From: Eukaryota sp. GEM-RC1
Lineage: Eukaryota
DNA length: 64,000 bases
NCBI GenBank assembly: GCA_040285855.1
Contig: JAUFOQ010000017.1
Span: forward strand, 930,001 to 994,000
Reading direction: 5' to 3'
Below the pieces are notes generated by a model. The model had not been told where the DNA came from. It ran no database searches and worked only from the letters and a program-made list of their open reading frames with translations. The translations under genes were made by a program, and so were the position numbers. Of this stretch, positions 24,485 through 37,555 are shown piece after piece; the stretch's first letter is position 1, and each line of letters starts with the position of its first letter.

Positions 24485-25669
24485 ATGAGTTTTGATCCTT
24501 CATCAGAATTTGTTAATACTTCTGTCTCACCACTTGATTCATCTTACACATTCCATCATGAGGACGTTGATGTAGACGTTAAAGCAAGACAAGATGCTAT
24601 GGATATCGCACGAGGAATGTGTATTGTTTTCATGATAGCACAACACACCGTTTCGTACTGGGGCCATTCTGATATTCAAGGAACTGGATATTTTAAGTGG
24701 ACAACAACTGGTCCAGGTGATGTTGCTGTAATGTTCATGTTCATCATGGGCATCAACTCTGCAAACTTCTCCCGCCAGTCCGCCAAACAAATGGCTAAAA
24801 GAGGTGTGAAGTTCTTGATCTTTGGTTATATTGTGAATCTTTTGCGTGATCAGATTCCTTTGATGTTGGCCTGCCATTTTAGAGGGCTATGTTATACAGA
24901 CTTTGGATCGGTGTTTATGTTCCGAGGTGAATATGACAATGTGTTTTTGGTCGATATCTTTCAATTTGCAGGAGGTGCAATGATTTTTCTCAGTCTCTTA
25001 CGTGCTCATGGATTGTCTATAAATGGCCACTTGTCCATTTCATTGTTGTTCATCCTTGCTTTGGCTTGTATCGAGACAGACAGTGATTTTACAGGATTTG
25101 TGGGATACTATGTAATCGGTACTTTCTATCTAAACTTTTTTCCTTTCCGAAATTGGTTGATTTTCCCTGTTACAGGCCTCGTGATGGGACATTACTGGAG
25201 GCCATATGGACTTTTCACCAAAGATTCATTTCCAATGAAGAAGGTCACAGTGGTTGCTGTTGTTCTTTTTGGTTTACTGTTCACTGGAATGTTTGTCTAT
25301 CCAGAAGTTCTTGATCATTATGGATTTCATAACTATAAGGGATACTACAACCAGAATCTGTTAACTAATCTGTTTTTCGTCTGTCAGAATATTTTGGTTC
25401 TTGAAGTATTACGTTTGCTTGTTCGTCGTCACTTGATTGCTGATTGGTTCTTCAAGTTCATTAAATTTTGGAGCCGCAACATTGTTGCTATCTATCTGGT
25501 ATCTTGGATCACGATTGGATTTGCTTCTTTCTTAATTTGTGGAGTTGACAATCGAATCAATAGTGTACCTTTGCTTTTTAGCGCTATGGTCTTTGTTATG
25601 TTGACATCAGATCTCATTGTTCGTTTCATCAACCCTATATCAAAAACTTTGAAGAAAATGTTAAAGTGA
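24485..25669 (+). CDS. Multi-pass membrane DUF1624/HGSNAT-like acyltransferase
   Basis: RQDAMDIARGMCIVFMIAQH, FMFIMG, VDIFQFAG and FFPFRNWLIFP motifs; many hydrophobic segments. Confidence 0.7.
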   Translation: MSFDPSSEFVNTSVSPLDSSYTFHHEDVDVDVKARQDAMDIARGMCIVFMIAQHTVSYWGHSDIQGTGYFKWTTTGPGDVAVMFMFIMGINSANFSRQSAKQMAKRGVKFLIFGYIVNLLRDQIPLMLACHFRGLCYTDFGSVFMFRGEYDNVFLVDIFQFAGGAMIFLSLLRAHGLSINGHLSISLLFILALACIETDSDFTGFVGYYVIGTFYLNFFPFRNWLIFPVTGLVMGHYWRPYGLFTKDSFPMKKVTVVAVVLFGLLFTGMFVYPEVLDHYGFHNYKGYYNQNLLTNLFFVCQNILVLEVLRLLVRRHLIADWFFKFIKFWSRNIVAIYLVSWITIGFASFLICGVDNRINSVPLLFSAMVFVMLTSDLIVRFINPISKTLKKMLK

Positions 25670-25815
25670 TTTTTATTCCGTTGTCGTATTCTGTATAAAT
25701 TGAATTGTTATGGGATTAAAACTGATGTAATATATATTTTTTTGAAAAAAACTCCTACTCTAAGCAACTCATTAACTACTAATTAAATACCCACCAAACT
25801 TTTCTTATGCTTTGA

Positions 25816-28800
25816 TCATTTATTTGTGGTCATTGATGGAGAAATTGGTACAAATGCATTGTGATAATGAACCAGCTGAAAATTCGGAGAATTACCAGCA
25901 ACAGCCTTTAACATTTTTTCAGAGTGATTAGATTCATTTGATTTGAAATATTTGAAGTTTTGATGAAACAAGGTTAGTACATGATAAGTTAAATACTCAA
26001 CAGTAGTTTGACTCGAGAGCAATTCATTGATGCTGATATACATACTACTGACTAACTCTTGGGGAAAATCCTTGGTGAAAACTCTGTGAGATAACAAAGC
26101 TAATCTAAGACTGTTTTCCAGTGATAGTGAGTCTGGTGACGTGAGCAAATAGCCAGATAGAGCTAGGATTGGAATGAAAAATGTTGTGGAGCTTGGATAA
26201 TGTTGGAGTAGAAAGTTGACAATTTCAAATGAAATAGCATTAATTATCTCCAGAGGACAAAAGAGAAGATCTGAGATAATAAGCGACAGTCTACGAATCA
26301 AATTTGAGGAAATATTCAAATGATCGTACTTAAGAAAAGATTGTAGTAATGCCAAAACCAACAGCATTGGAATGCTGTGACTATACGTGAGCTGTTCTAA
26401 TAGTGCAACAGTCGATTCAAACACGTCATCAATCATATTTGATTGTAGATTTCGAGATCCGGAAGAACAAGCCAAAACGACATAGAGATATCCAACTAAT
26501 TCAGTCCATCTGGTCTGAGAAACTGATGAATTAGAGCTTAGAGCGATAGTAATAGATTTCACAAGTGGAATTATTGCGAGCAATAAAGATTCAAACATTT
26601 GGTGACAGTTCCTAGCAATTGTTATGGTAGAAGTGTAGGTTTTTTCTTGGAAGATTAGCCAACCAATTAATAAATTAGTATTCGGATTAGTTAAATTGAT
26701 CAAAGATCCAAATACTGGTGAAGAAATTTCAAATACTGCTAATAAGTGGGGGATGTTTAAATACGTTGAAAATTTTAGGAATACAGATGAAAACCGTTCA
26801 ATTAAATCAGTATTGCCAGATGACATGATTCGAGCAAATGATTGTGAAACGAAATGTGTTAAGCATTCTGTGAAACAGTCTTGTTTTGTCAATTTCTCCT
26901 TATTTTCAACTGAGCTTATCACATCATCAAGCAGTTGTAGGGTTTTTACTGCTTCCATTTCTGAAACAAATCTCCAATATCGAATTACTCGTGGTAGAAT
27001 ATCATTAATGACGAAGGTCCAAGTGTTCGTGATTGACTTTGCATTGTCTGCTGTTGTTCTTACACAAGAAAAGTATTCACATACAACATCGAGAACACTG
27101 TTTGTAAAGGACAAGTCTGATCCTGATAGATCTTCAACAACTGTCATACAATTAGGCAGTGCTGGTAGACAAAACAGTGAAAGACTATTACAGTCTTTTA
27201 AATGAAGAAAATTAGACTCAGGGATAGCCAACTGAAGTTCTATACATATTGCTGCTAGTAGAGTGTAAATTGAAGTGACAAAAGTGGAGTTGTTGGAGAA
27301 TGAAGCAAAGAAGGTTTCTATTTCATCAATGTCAATCAGAAACTCATAAATGGCAAGAGTTAATGAGTATACGAAAGTCAGAACTGTAAGTTGTGGAGAA
27401 CAATTCACTTCACAGAGAGTTTGTTCATCAATGTTCCAGACTAACGTAGCCATAGGAACAAGAACATTGGTAAAGAAGTGTTCTGATTGGGAAACTGATC
27501 TCAAATCAGCAATCATTTTTGATACAAATGTTAACGAGCATCCTGCAGACCAATTTAATGAAAACCAATGGAATATTGATAGACTCAACTTGTCGTGATG
27601 ATCTGGATACAATTGAATTAGTGAAATTAAGATAGAGTAGAAGTCAATTGAAAATCCATCAAATGATCGTAAATTGAATATTAAACAGACTAATGACGAA
27701 CCCAAATCTTTTAATGGACCAACTAAACTGACAGTTGCCGTGGTATTGATGCCGAGCGTTGACTTACACATATCTATAACTGAAGAAATGTAATCTGTTA
27801 GCAGTGATGGTATCTCTTCAAGACAAGACACAAGCTGTCCTAACAGGTCCATATAAGATCCTCGCATATTGGTGGGTAAATTATGGATATGAATAGACAA
27901 CGCTAACAACTCTAAAGTCTGATTGGCACAAGATTGGGAGCAAGGTGATTGAAGAACGTGTGTGACACAAATATTCATCAATTGCAATGACAATTCTGTT
28001 CTAAAATGTTGTGTTTGTTCCATAGCAAACACATTTACAAAAGAGCGACATAAAATAACAACACAAGAAGGCATCAGTAGTGACTGTAACTGACTGCCAT
28101 CGGTCGTGGCACTGTGTAATATCGTGTGAAACATTTGAATAAGATCATGAAGAATGTCAATATTGCTGCTTTGAGATAGAGAGACATTGTAAGTATTGAA
28201 GAGTTCATAAAAGATTGGAATGAGTTCTTGAAATTTGTCTTCTAGCAATGAAATATTAAACATCTTGTTCAAAATAACATTTGAAAATTTTAATAATTCC
28301 AGTTTGTTATGAGGCTCACCTAAAAACTCTTGAAAACATGATTTGACGATGTCATAGATCAATGCCGAAGTCTCACAATCATCACAAATAGAGCAGAAGA
28401 ACTCTTGGGGTAAGTTTTCGAATGAAAGAAATTCCAATAGATTCATATTTAAGGGTTTTGAAAGTTGAAATTTTAGAAAATCTGAGGAGTAGATTTGGTC
28501 GAGAATAAACGACAATCTTATTTGATTGTTTTGCAGGAAAACAATGTTAAATACCGGCCATATATTAACATTTGAACGCTGCATCATTCCCTTGGTAATA
28601 TTACGAATGTAAGCTATGTATCGTTCACTGTAAAGGATGTCGAACTGGATAGGCAACTGCAGCAAACACTGTAGGACCAAAACAAGTTGAGAATCACAAG
28701 AAGGGGAAGTTTGAAGGTCCTCAATGGTGGACATTAGAAAAGTCAAATCAGAGTCATTTGTGACAATGTTGGGATGTCCAAGTAAGGAAAAGAAGAATGT

Positions 28801-29061
28801 AAGCATTTCAGAACTTTGAGATGCAACAACCAGCTTTACGAGAGAAAAGAGAAAATTGCTTAATAAGGACAACTTGTCCGTTGTACAGTGTCGGAGACCG
28901 TCTGCTGCCAAGTGTAACACAGTGTGGAGGGTTCCAGAACTCAAGGATTCATCATTGACTATTTCATGAGCACATGCTAAGCAGAACTTGATTGAACGTG
29001 GCAACAAGACAACGAATTCATCCGTATGATTCTGTGGATGATGAGAGAGAAGTAGAGACAT
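25816..29061 (-). CDS. Hypothetical large Leu-rich helical (HEAT/ARM-like) protein
   Basis: Uninterrupted 1081-aa ORF; no motif recognised. Confidence 0.75.
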   Translation of the reverse strand: MSLLLSHHPQNHTDEFVVLLPRSIKFCLACAHEIVNDESLSSGTLHTVLHLAADGLRHCTTDKLSLLSNFLFSLVKLVVASQSSEMLTFFFSLLGHPNIVTNDSDLTFLMSTIEDLQTSPSCDSQLVLVLQCLLQLPIQFDILYSERYIAYIRNITKGMMQRSNVNIWPVFNIVFLQNNQIRLSFILDQIYSSDFLKFQLSKPLNMNLLEFLSFENLPQEFFCSICDDCETSALIYDIVKSCFQEFLGEPHNKLELLKFSNVILNKMFNISLLEDKFQELIPIFYELFNTYNVSLSQSSNIDILHDLIQMFHTILHSATTDGSQLQSLLMPSCVVILCRSFVNVFAMEQTQHFRTELSLQLMNICVTHVLQSPCSQSCANQTLELLALSIHIHNLPTNMRGSYMDLLGQLVSCLEEIPSLLTDYISSVIDMCKSTLGINTTATVSLVGPLKDLGSSLVCLIFNLRSFDGFSIDFYSILISLIQLYPDHHDKLSLSIFHWFSLNWSAGCSLTFVSKMIADLRSVSQSEHFFTNVLVPMATLVWNIDEQTLCEVNCSPQLTVLTFVYSLTLAIYEFLIDIDEIETFFASFSNNSTFVTSIYTLLAAICIELQLAIPESNFLHLKDCNSLSLFCLPALPNCMTVVEDLSGSDLSFTNSVLDVVCEYFSCVRTTADNAKSITNTWTFVINDILPRVIRYWRFVSEMEAVKTLQLLDDVISSVENKEKLTKQDCFTECLTHFVSQSFARIMSSGNTDLIERFSSVFLKFSTYLNIPHLLAVFEISSPVFGSLINLTNPNTNLLIGWLIFQEKTYTSTITIARNCHQMFESLLLAIIPLVKSITIALSSNSSVSQTRWTELVGYLYVVLACSSGSRNLQSNMIDDVFESTVALLEQLTYSHSIPMLLVLALLQSFLKYDHLNISSNLIRRLSLIISDLLFCPLEIINAISFEIVNFLLQHYPSSTTFFIPILALSGYLLTSPDSLSLENSLRLALLSHRVFTKDFPQELVSSMYISINELLSSQTTVEYLTYHVLTLFHQNFKYFKSNESNHSEKMLKAVAGNSPNFQLVHYHNAFVPISPSMTTNK

Positions 29062-29084
29062 TTGCAGGCAAACAATTTTCCGTC

Positions 29085-31240
29085 ATGGCGACTATACTTT
29101 TTGATCCAAATGCAACGGACAGAGTCGCTGAAGTTCGCAAATCCTTGGACTCTCTACTTAGCTTCTTCACGAATGACCCGGTTGCGCTCCTATGTGAAGT
29201 TTTTTCTCACTTCCACATCAAACTCAATATCTCACAGGCCAAAATCACCGATCTCGTCCATTCCAGTCTCTCCTACCTAGAAGAGTGTAATTTCCAACTC
29301 GACATTGAAACTCACTCCTCTGATGCTTCAAACTCTTTCATCAACAGCAAAGTCAAACAGGATATTGACTCTATCATCCGTATAATGTCTGACTCCTTCT
29401 CCCCTCAATCTCTTGACCAACACCACGGTCTTCTCTCTCGTCTTCGTAAACCTGACTATACTGGCCCTTGGTTAGAAGCATGGATAACCAAGGTAAACAG
29501 TGAGTTATCCAACGCTAAGAAGGCAGAGGGTCCTTTAAGTGCCTTAATATCTTGGTTTTCTTGGTTCTTCTCCACGTCACCACCTTGTCTTGAAAGTACA
29601 ATGTTGTTACGAATCCAATCTTTTCATTAATTACTCACATTTATCAAAATAAGGCTATAACTGAGGATATTCGCTGGTGCTGTGGTTTTGCCTTGACTTT
29701 ACAGCCCACGTTTGATCTTATATCCGTTGCCTTAGCTGATTCTACTTCTTGGCTGGCAACTCAACGTTTCCATGCTTTGATTGCTTCTGGATTGAGGTCA
29801 TCATCATCAACACGTGTGATTAAAGCTCTTGACACGTTGCCGTTTAATGAGCCGAGCAAGTTGACATTTGATTTGTTGATTCAGAAAATGAAGAATTCTA
29901 ATAGTCGGACTGAGTTCTACTTCTTTATATCACGCAGATTGATTAACTTATGTAAACAAAACACGTTGATTTGTAATAAAAAAAGAAGACGAGATTTTTG
30001 GGTTAATTTATTGACTCAAAACTTAGACGCATTTCCACCTTCCCATGGTATAACCCCCCTTTGTATTGGAAAATTTACGATCAATTACGCTTGATGAAGC
30101 GATCATTTCATTTAAACAAATTATTGGAAAAATTAAATTGTTAGTTCCACCGATTAAAGTTTCCACGGATGCACCATTGTTATCGTATAAGTGCCATTCT
30201 TTGGAAAAACATTTCTACATTCTACAGTCGTATGTTTGAAATATTGAATTTTCTAATTTAAGCCTATACCCCTTGATAGCAGAACAGCTAATTATAACGG
30301 AATTTCTCAAATAGCTGCTGACGATTCCATTCCTTTTGCTTCTGTGGAAAATATTTATCTACAGTATGAAAATGACCCTGACAATGTGATTAAAAAAGGG
30401 GCTCAATCGAAGTCGGCGATGGTTTCCTTTACTTCTGGTGTGTTTGAGCTATATAGACGTCATTTCTGTTGGATTCCTGTTGATCCTGATACTGGCGAAA
30501 ACAATGTTAATGACGGCTTATTTTTTAATTATTCAAAAATTTCAAATTGGACTTGGGGGGAGAATCCTGATGATATGATAATTTATCTGGCTATTTTTTC
30601 CAAGACTGAAGTTTTTAAATTTTTCCCATTTACTAGGTTTGAAATTGTTCAATTATCTAAGGCTCTGCATGACGTCATCATGACTGATCCATTTGACCCT
30701 CATCAATTCGCTGTCAGTCGGGTTAACAATCATGTCGACAATCAACGAATTACTGTTGTTCAACAACTTGCCACAAAACCAAAGTGGATAATCAATCACA
30801 CAAACGAGCTCTACCACGTCATTAATGACCTAATCAACCCAGCAAAACCACAATCACTTGCAAATCTGGAAAGAGTCTATCACTCATGTCGATATAGTAA
30901 AGAAGTTATGAAGGAAACTATTGCTGATTTAAAGAGGAAATGGGCTAAAGGGAAGAGCAGTGAAGTTATCAGAGTCAAAATTCTAATTATTGTGGATAGA
31001 GTTCTGTCGAAAACTCTTTTGAACAGAGAAACCTTTGTAGATTTGTATGAATGGCTAACAATTATTGAAGAACATTTGGATCCATATAAGAGTCCTGAAA
31101 GTTTGAAACGAATTCATCTTTTGAAAACCAAATGTGATTCTCTTAAACAAGAATTAGTTCAACCATTCAGTGAAAAACAACTTGATGATAATTTTGAATT
31201 CCTTGATGATTATGAAGAGCGGCTCATGTTGACGACGTGA
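29085..31240 (+). CDS. Hypothetical protein split by several frame breaks and a 33-nt intron (30230-30262)
   Basis: Three consecutive + ORFs. A GTATGT..CTAATTTAAG intron contains an in-frame stop. Breaks near 29593, ~30060-30090 and 30205. Confidence 0.5.
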
Positions 31241-31606
31241 TTGAGTAAAGCTCAGTTGATTGATTGTTTGTTTAGTGTATATATTTTTAAGAAATGTTTC
31301 AGGGTTTTTTTGAACGTTGCTCATGAATTCACTATCAGTGGAGTGTTGTTCATTCTGCAATTGTTTTGTTAATAAGGATTTTGTACTGATTTTGTTATTG
31401 TAATTCCTTGTCCTGTTTCACTGTTTTGTTTTTTTGTCTCACCTTTTCTACTGATATATCTTTCATTGTCTATATTCATAAATTAAATTATTTTCAGCAA
31501 ATATTAGCTGTTTTATATAAGAATTAGAAAACAATCCACTTACTGGAAGTCTTTTCAAAAACATAATACAAATAAATCATCAAAAATGAACAAACTTAAA
31601 AATAAT

Positions 31607-34600
31607 CTACAAAACGCTGCCTTCCCTAGACTCAGAAACATCAATCATTCGTGAAGAATCCATACTACTAGGAATATTTAAATTTTCCACTGCGGGATAT
31701 TCTTCCAAGCTAATTGACAACACGCGAGAAGTCTGCACACCCAAATCCTTATAAACTCCAATTAAAGAATCAGCACTTTGGAAGAAAGTATCTTTGAGCG
31801 AAATCACAAGCCCTTGAAGAACTCCATCACGTGACTGATTAACCATGAAATTAGCAACTCTAGCAACATTTCCTCTATCCAAAGCAGCATCAACTTCATC
31901 AAGAACAATGAATGGGGAAGGCTTATAGGAATGAATAGCAAATACTAAAGCCAACGCTGCTAATGATTTCTCACCACCAGAAAGCTGATCAATGTCTCTA
32001 AATCTCTTCATTGGGGGCATTGCGTTGAACTTAAGTCCGTGGTCAAATGGAACATCATTATTTTCCAATGTTAAATAAGCTCGACCAAAGATGTCAGTAC
32101 GACGAGTGGTGAGTTTACGGTATAGAAGATCCACGGATTCAGCGATATGCTTGAAAGCCCCCATGAATAGTTCTGTTCGATCTTTTGAAATTTGTCTGAA
32201 TTTTTCGTTTGCTTTTTTAGCACGTTCACCCGCCTTTTTAACATCCTTATCAACAGTTTTAATTCGAGAAGCCAAATCAGACAACTTATCATTTGCTCTC
32301 ATATTTGGTGCTAACTTCTCCATTTCCTCAACATTCTTCTCCAACATTTGATTGAACTTCTTAAGCACACTGTCGATAGTGACTCCATTAGGTAAAGGTC
32401 GTGATTGATCCTCATCATCCAAACAATCAAAATCAAGAGCTCCCAAAGGAACTGCAGATGAAGGGTTTACTGATGAAGCTGTGGGTAATTGAGACATTGA
32501 GATCTCCACGTCATCAGACACGTGTACACCAGTCCAGAAAGACCCATCTAATAGAGGTAGAGAAATACCAGAGCTAGTGACCCCAGAGAGTAGATCTGAT
32601 CGTTTGTCGTGTAGTGTCGAGATTGATGACGTGATGGTTGAGATTTTGGAAGCAATTTTGGTTAGATTTTGCGTTACTTTACGAAGTTCCTTTAGAACTT
32701 CAGCATGTTCAGTGTTGATTGTAGTCTGTTCATCTTTCATTTTAGAAACCGACAGCTCATAATCAACATAGTTTTGATTGTGATACGAATCGTCCTTCTC
32801 TATCTCAGCTAGTTTACCTTCAAGTCGGGCAAGATTCTCCTCGTCATTGGCTATATTCTGGGCTACTTGACTCATGGCTGCGGAGAAATTCCTATTATTT
32901 TCATAAACAAGTCTCGATTGAAGGGTACTGATCTGCTCCTGGAGCTTAGTTTTCTTTGCCAATAGTTCTTTCGAAGCCGTATTTTTTAAATTTTCAATAT
33001 TTCGCAGACCTCGAACGACGGCAATAGAAAGTCCAAATATTGAAGCTTCCTTTGCATACATTCTCCTCTGAACCATTACTTTCTCATTCTCTTTATCAGC
33101 TAAAAGTCTTCGCTTCTGGTCAATAGTGTCTTCTAAATCATCAAGATTCCTCACAGTACTGTTGATGATTCCATCAATTCGACTGATATGACTTTCAACA
33201 ACTTTAAGATCACCTTCAAGACTTTTCTGGACTTCAATCAATTTTGAGCGTTCAGATTTAATTGACGAATTCTCGAGACTTCCAAACGACCTCATTTTCT
33301 TATGCATTTCTCTTAAATTCCTCGACAGCTTCTCCACATTTCTTGAACATTCCTCCACCTCTTTATTTGTCCAACAATTAGCTCTTTTCATAAGAGAATC
33401 ATTGGAACCACCAGTAATAAAACCATTCTTTTTAAATTCAACTCCGTCTAGAGTAACAATCTTCTTCCGTTGTTCAAACATTGAGTTGACTCTTCGCGCG
33501 TGGTTTTGATTTTCAACCACAAGGGTGTTTCCCACAGCAAAAAGCACGGCATTTGAAAATTTACGGTCAAATTTTAAAATATCGTAGACCAGACGTACAG
33601 AGTTTCCGATTTCTCTTAATGAATCATCGACGGCATTGTAATAGATTTTGTCTAAGGGAATAAAGCTCATGGATTGCTTCATTTGTTCCTTAAGATATCT
33701 AATACACTGAGCAGCTGTTTTTTGAGTGTCAACTACGACAGCATCAAAGAACCTTCCTAAAGCAACAGAAACAGCAAGGTCATATTTCTTCTCAGTCGGA
33801 GTAACTAAAGAGGAAAGTGTTCCAAAGACACCGGGAAAAACACGTTGAAGGTTGGTGATTGTCTGTTGTTTTGATTTTTGACTTTCAAAATCACGATTAT
33901 CTATTTTTAATTCAGTGAGTTTTAGAGTTTGCTGTTTTAGTTGAAGTTCAGTATCAGAAATGCGACTTTTTAATTGATCAATTTCAGTATGACTTTGATT
34001 GACTCTTGTATCAAAATCACGTATTTGATTGGCAGTAGCTTCCATTTTGTGCTTAATGTCTGTGGATTGGTTGATATACTTCTGCTTCAAAAGCTCATCT
34101 TCAGCTTTTTTGGCATTCAAATGCTGCATTGATCGTTCATAACTATCCACGTCACCCATCACGTCATCAACTTGACGTGATAGTCCAGCTAATTCCTGAA
34201 CCATATGCATTGTGGCTTTCTTCACTTCGTCCTGTTTAGAGTTGAACTGGTGTAAGTCTGATTCAGAAACTCCAGCGAGATCAGAATCGTTTCTGGCTAA
34301 ATCTTGGGTATCTGATAGAGATAATTGAGATACATTTGAGTACTCAACGGAAACGTCATTGAGCTCACCTTCCAAATCCGTAATTCTTGATTGAAGGTCA
34401 GCAATTGTTGATTTTTGCTGTTGAATTGATGCAAGTATTGAGTTTTCACTTCGTTTCGACTCCTCCAACCGTGTTTTGGCGTGTTTCACGTGTTCACGAG
34501 CTCTAATCAGCTCTGGTTTAGACTTTCTTATAGCAATGTTGAGTAAGTCCAACTTCCGTTGTTCCTTAGCTAGATTTCGAGAAGTTTTAGCCAACTTCTT

Positions 34601-35496
34601 CTTCATTTCTTTTAATCTAGACTCAATTACTTTTTTCCTGGCAGTATTGGACTTATCATCTTCTTTTAACGAGGAAACTTCATCTTCCAGATCACGTATA
34701 TCTTCCTCTACATGAAATATTTGAAATAAAGACATCTTTTGCTTAATCCTCTCAGATTGTTCCTCTAGTTTAGTCCATTTTGTGGCTTCTTGTTTTTGTT
34801 TAGTATATTGTTTACGTTCAGTAATTAAAGAACGATAGCTTTTAAGGGTAAAAAAGGCTGATCGATCAGCATCATCCTTCTCCAGCCTAGCCTCTTCATA
34901 TTCGTGTGCAAGATGAGAACTTCCAGAAACTTCCTCAACGAGTTTTGTGAGCTCCATTGGTGATTTCTGAGCCATTGACATGACGTCACCTTGGTAGACA
35001 AGAAAGTTACGAGCCTTGATTATAATATTGAAGGTTTCAAGAGTATCAGAAAAGTCAGCAAATGATACAGTTCTGCCGTCTACCTTGTAGTCTGATTTGC
35101 CGGCAGCAGAAACTGTACGGGAGAAGTGAACTTCGTGTGGATGACGTTGAGTGGGATTTGTGTGGGAGTAGAGATGAGAGTCTAAGCTTGAGGAAAGAAC
35201 GAGAGTAACGGTAGTAGAAGTAGCTGGAGAGGGATCGTGACCTTCTTTCTTATGGATTAAGTCTCGGAGGGAGTTACCACGAACTTCAGCTGCGCGAACT
35301 CCCAAGACGAAAGAGACGGCGTCAAGCAGATTGGACTTACCAGAGCCGTTCTGTAATCAGATAAGAAGAGAAGAAGACACACTGGTCCAATGATGCATGA
35401 GAAACGACGGAAGGGGCCAATAAGATGTGTACCGCCGTATGATTTGAAGTCTTTCACTACAAGACGATGAAGATAGGCTGTACCATCAAGAGGCAT
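31607..35496 (-). CDS. SMC1: Cohesin subunit SMC1; intron 35351-35382
   Basis: FKSYGG..IIGP|NGSGKSN after removing a 32-nt intron. Also IKARNFLVYQGDV, hinge, PPMKRFRDIDQLSGGEK and FIVLDEVDAALD. Confidence 0.95.
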
Positions 35497-35805
35497 GATG
35501 AACAAGACGGGAAAAGTGGAGGTTTCTTCTCATTTCTCCCACTGAATTCCTCTTTTGATATAGAGGCTCCCTGTTCAAAAATTCCAGTTATGTCTGAGTT
35601 ATGTGCGGAGTCTAATTTGATCAGGTTCGTTATCAAACCTTCACAGGCCTCCGTTTCTCAGAGTATTAACAGATGTATTTTTACAAAATTATATTATACA
35701 AATGAGATTATCCTAATTGCTTAATTAGACACTGGTGAAAATAAGACAACGCCATTGCATGTGCAGTAAGTAACTCGTAAGTATGTAAGAATTACAAAAG
35801 AACAA

Positions 35806-36400
35806 TCACAGAGGAAGTGACCATTCAGAGTTCCACAAACGACGCATATCGTCTTCAAAAGCCATGGGATCGTCATAGTGACGCTCGAAATACGGTTGAT
35901 CCAACAATTGATCTTCTTCTACATCTATTGTATGCTCTAACTTCATGCTTTGCCAATTTAGACCACGAAGATTCTTCAGAAAAACAGTAATGTCACTTCT
36001 GGTTCCTTCCAGCAACTATATAGTAAAAGGTTTTGAAGTGTAGGAAACCTCCGTTAATTCCACCTTCCTCAGCCCACTGTTTGATCGAGGCCTTCTTCGC
36101 ACTGCTCTTTATGTGATGAAAACGTAGTAACACGCGAGAGAACTGAGTATCAGACATTGGTGTGTATTCAAGGAATGATTTGACCATTTCCAAAAGAGGA
36201 AGAAAGATATCTATATTAGGAGAGCGAAAGTCACCCTTCGGTCGTATCATATTCGACGAAATCCTATCGAACTTAGTTGAAAAGTAGATGACAGCATAAA
36301 GATATTCAGTATCCAATGTCAAAGAACGTTGGTCTTCTTCGAATGTTATAATGTATGGGTACATTGCAGCTATAGCAGATGCCTCGTCGATTAAACTCAT
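35806..36400 (-). CDS. RWDD2/DUF1115-like protein with one frame break (~36010)
   Basis: FHHIKSSAK..IKQWAEE..GING followed by EG..FLKNLRGLNWQ in the adjacent frame. Confidence 0.55.
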
Positions 36401-36970
36401 TGTAGAAAGTCCTTGTTGAAAGATGGAGTAGGACTAATAGTGCAAAAGGTTTTTCATCATTTGATTTCATCAGATTTTCGCTGGACATCAAACACATGGT
36501 TACTAGAGATATGAAATAACGCAACACGTTACGACGCGTTATGACGTCACGCCCCACTTCTTCATTCCATTCGTTTTTTGATTACTGTTTGCCTTAGATT
36601 TTATACTGTTGTATATCATCTCAAATATCTTATGTATATATTAATCAGTGTCGGCTCAAATAGATTAAAATATTAAAATAAATTGAAATAAATTTGGTAA
36701 AAACTTGTAATGTCGGTACAATCGTTGATGTTCGTGAGCCGTTTCGAAATAGTTGGAGTGCTGTGATTTTTCTGGTCTTGATAAATCATTCCATTTCTTG
36801 AAAGCTGGCATTGCTAATGATGTTTAAAATGATTCTAGCAAAAACAAGTCAGTTTTCACAAAGAAAAGCTTACCGGTTGTTCAACAGTTTCTAACGAGTT
36901 CAAGAAATTCACCCACTTTAAATTTTGAACACGTAGAGAAGAAAAAACATTTAATATCGAAGCTAAAGGT

Positions 36971-37470
36971 CTAAATATTGATCATATTTAGACCTTTTAT
37001 TCCCTCTATTTTAAGTCTAGGATTAACTTTTAACGCATCTGCCAAAACTCTGACACCTTCATCTCCAGTAAAGTGGTCCCACGGATCAACAGTTGTAACT
37101 GTAAAATTAACTCTCAACGCCTCTGCCATGGCTTCAACACCCTCATCTCCAATAGAGTTGTAACCCAAATTAACACTTGGAAACTGTAGTATTGGTTTTC
37201 AACGCTTCAATCAAGACCGAAGAAAGAGATGAGATTCCGAATACTTGTACTTCTAGTTGCTTAAGACGTGGCAACACAGAAGAAGAATTGTTTAGAAACT
37301 CTAAATCAGAGGGTTCCCTTAGTTCGATTCTCAATCCTGTAATTAAACCAGAGTAAATAACAAATTTCTCAAATTCAAAGGTTCCACCAGTGTGCACGAA
37401 AACAGACTGTAGATCTACTCCAAAGAAAGAAGTAAGCGAAATTAGTTTCGGAAGGTGTTCAAGATTAGAT
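36971..37470 (-). pseudogene. Truncated, frameshifted paralog of the LRR gene at 7283
   Basis: SFFGVDLQSVF, DLEFLNNSS and NSIGDEGVEAMAEAL; 5' end missing. Confidence 0.75.
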
Positions 37471-37555
37471 TGTTAACACGTGTTAGCGTTCACTGATCCT
37501 TATGGATATCATCAAAATATATATGACGTATTACGCAATTGTAAATTTTTTCTTC

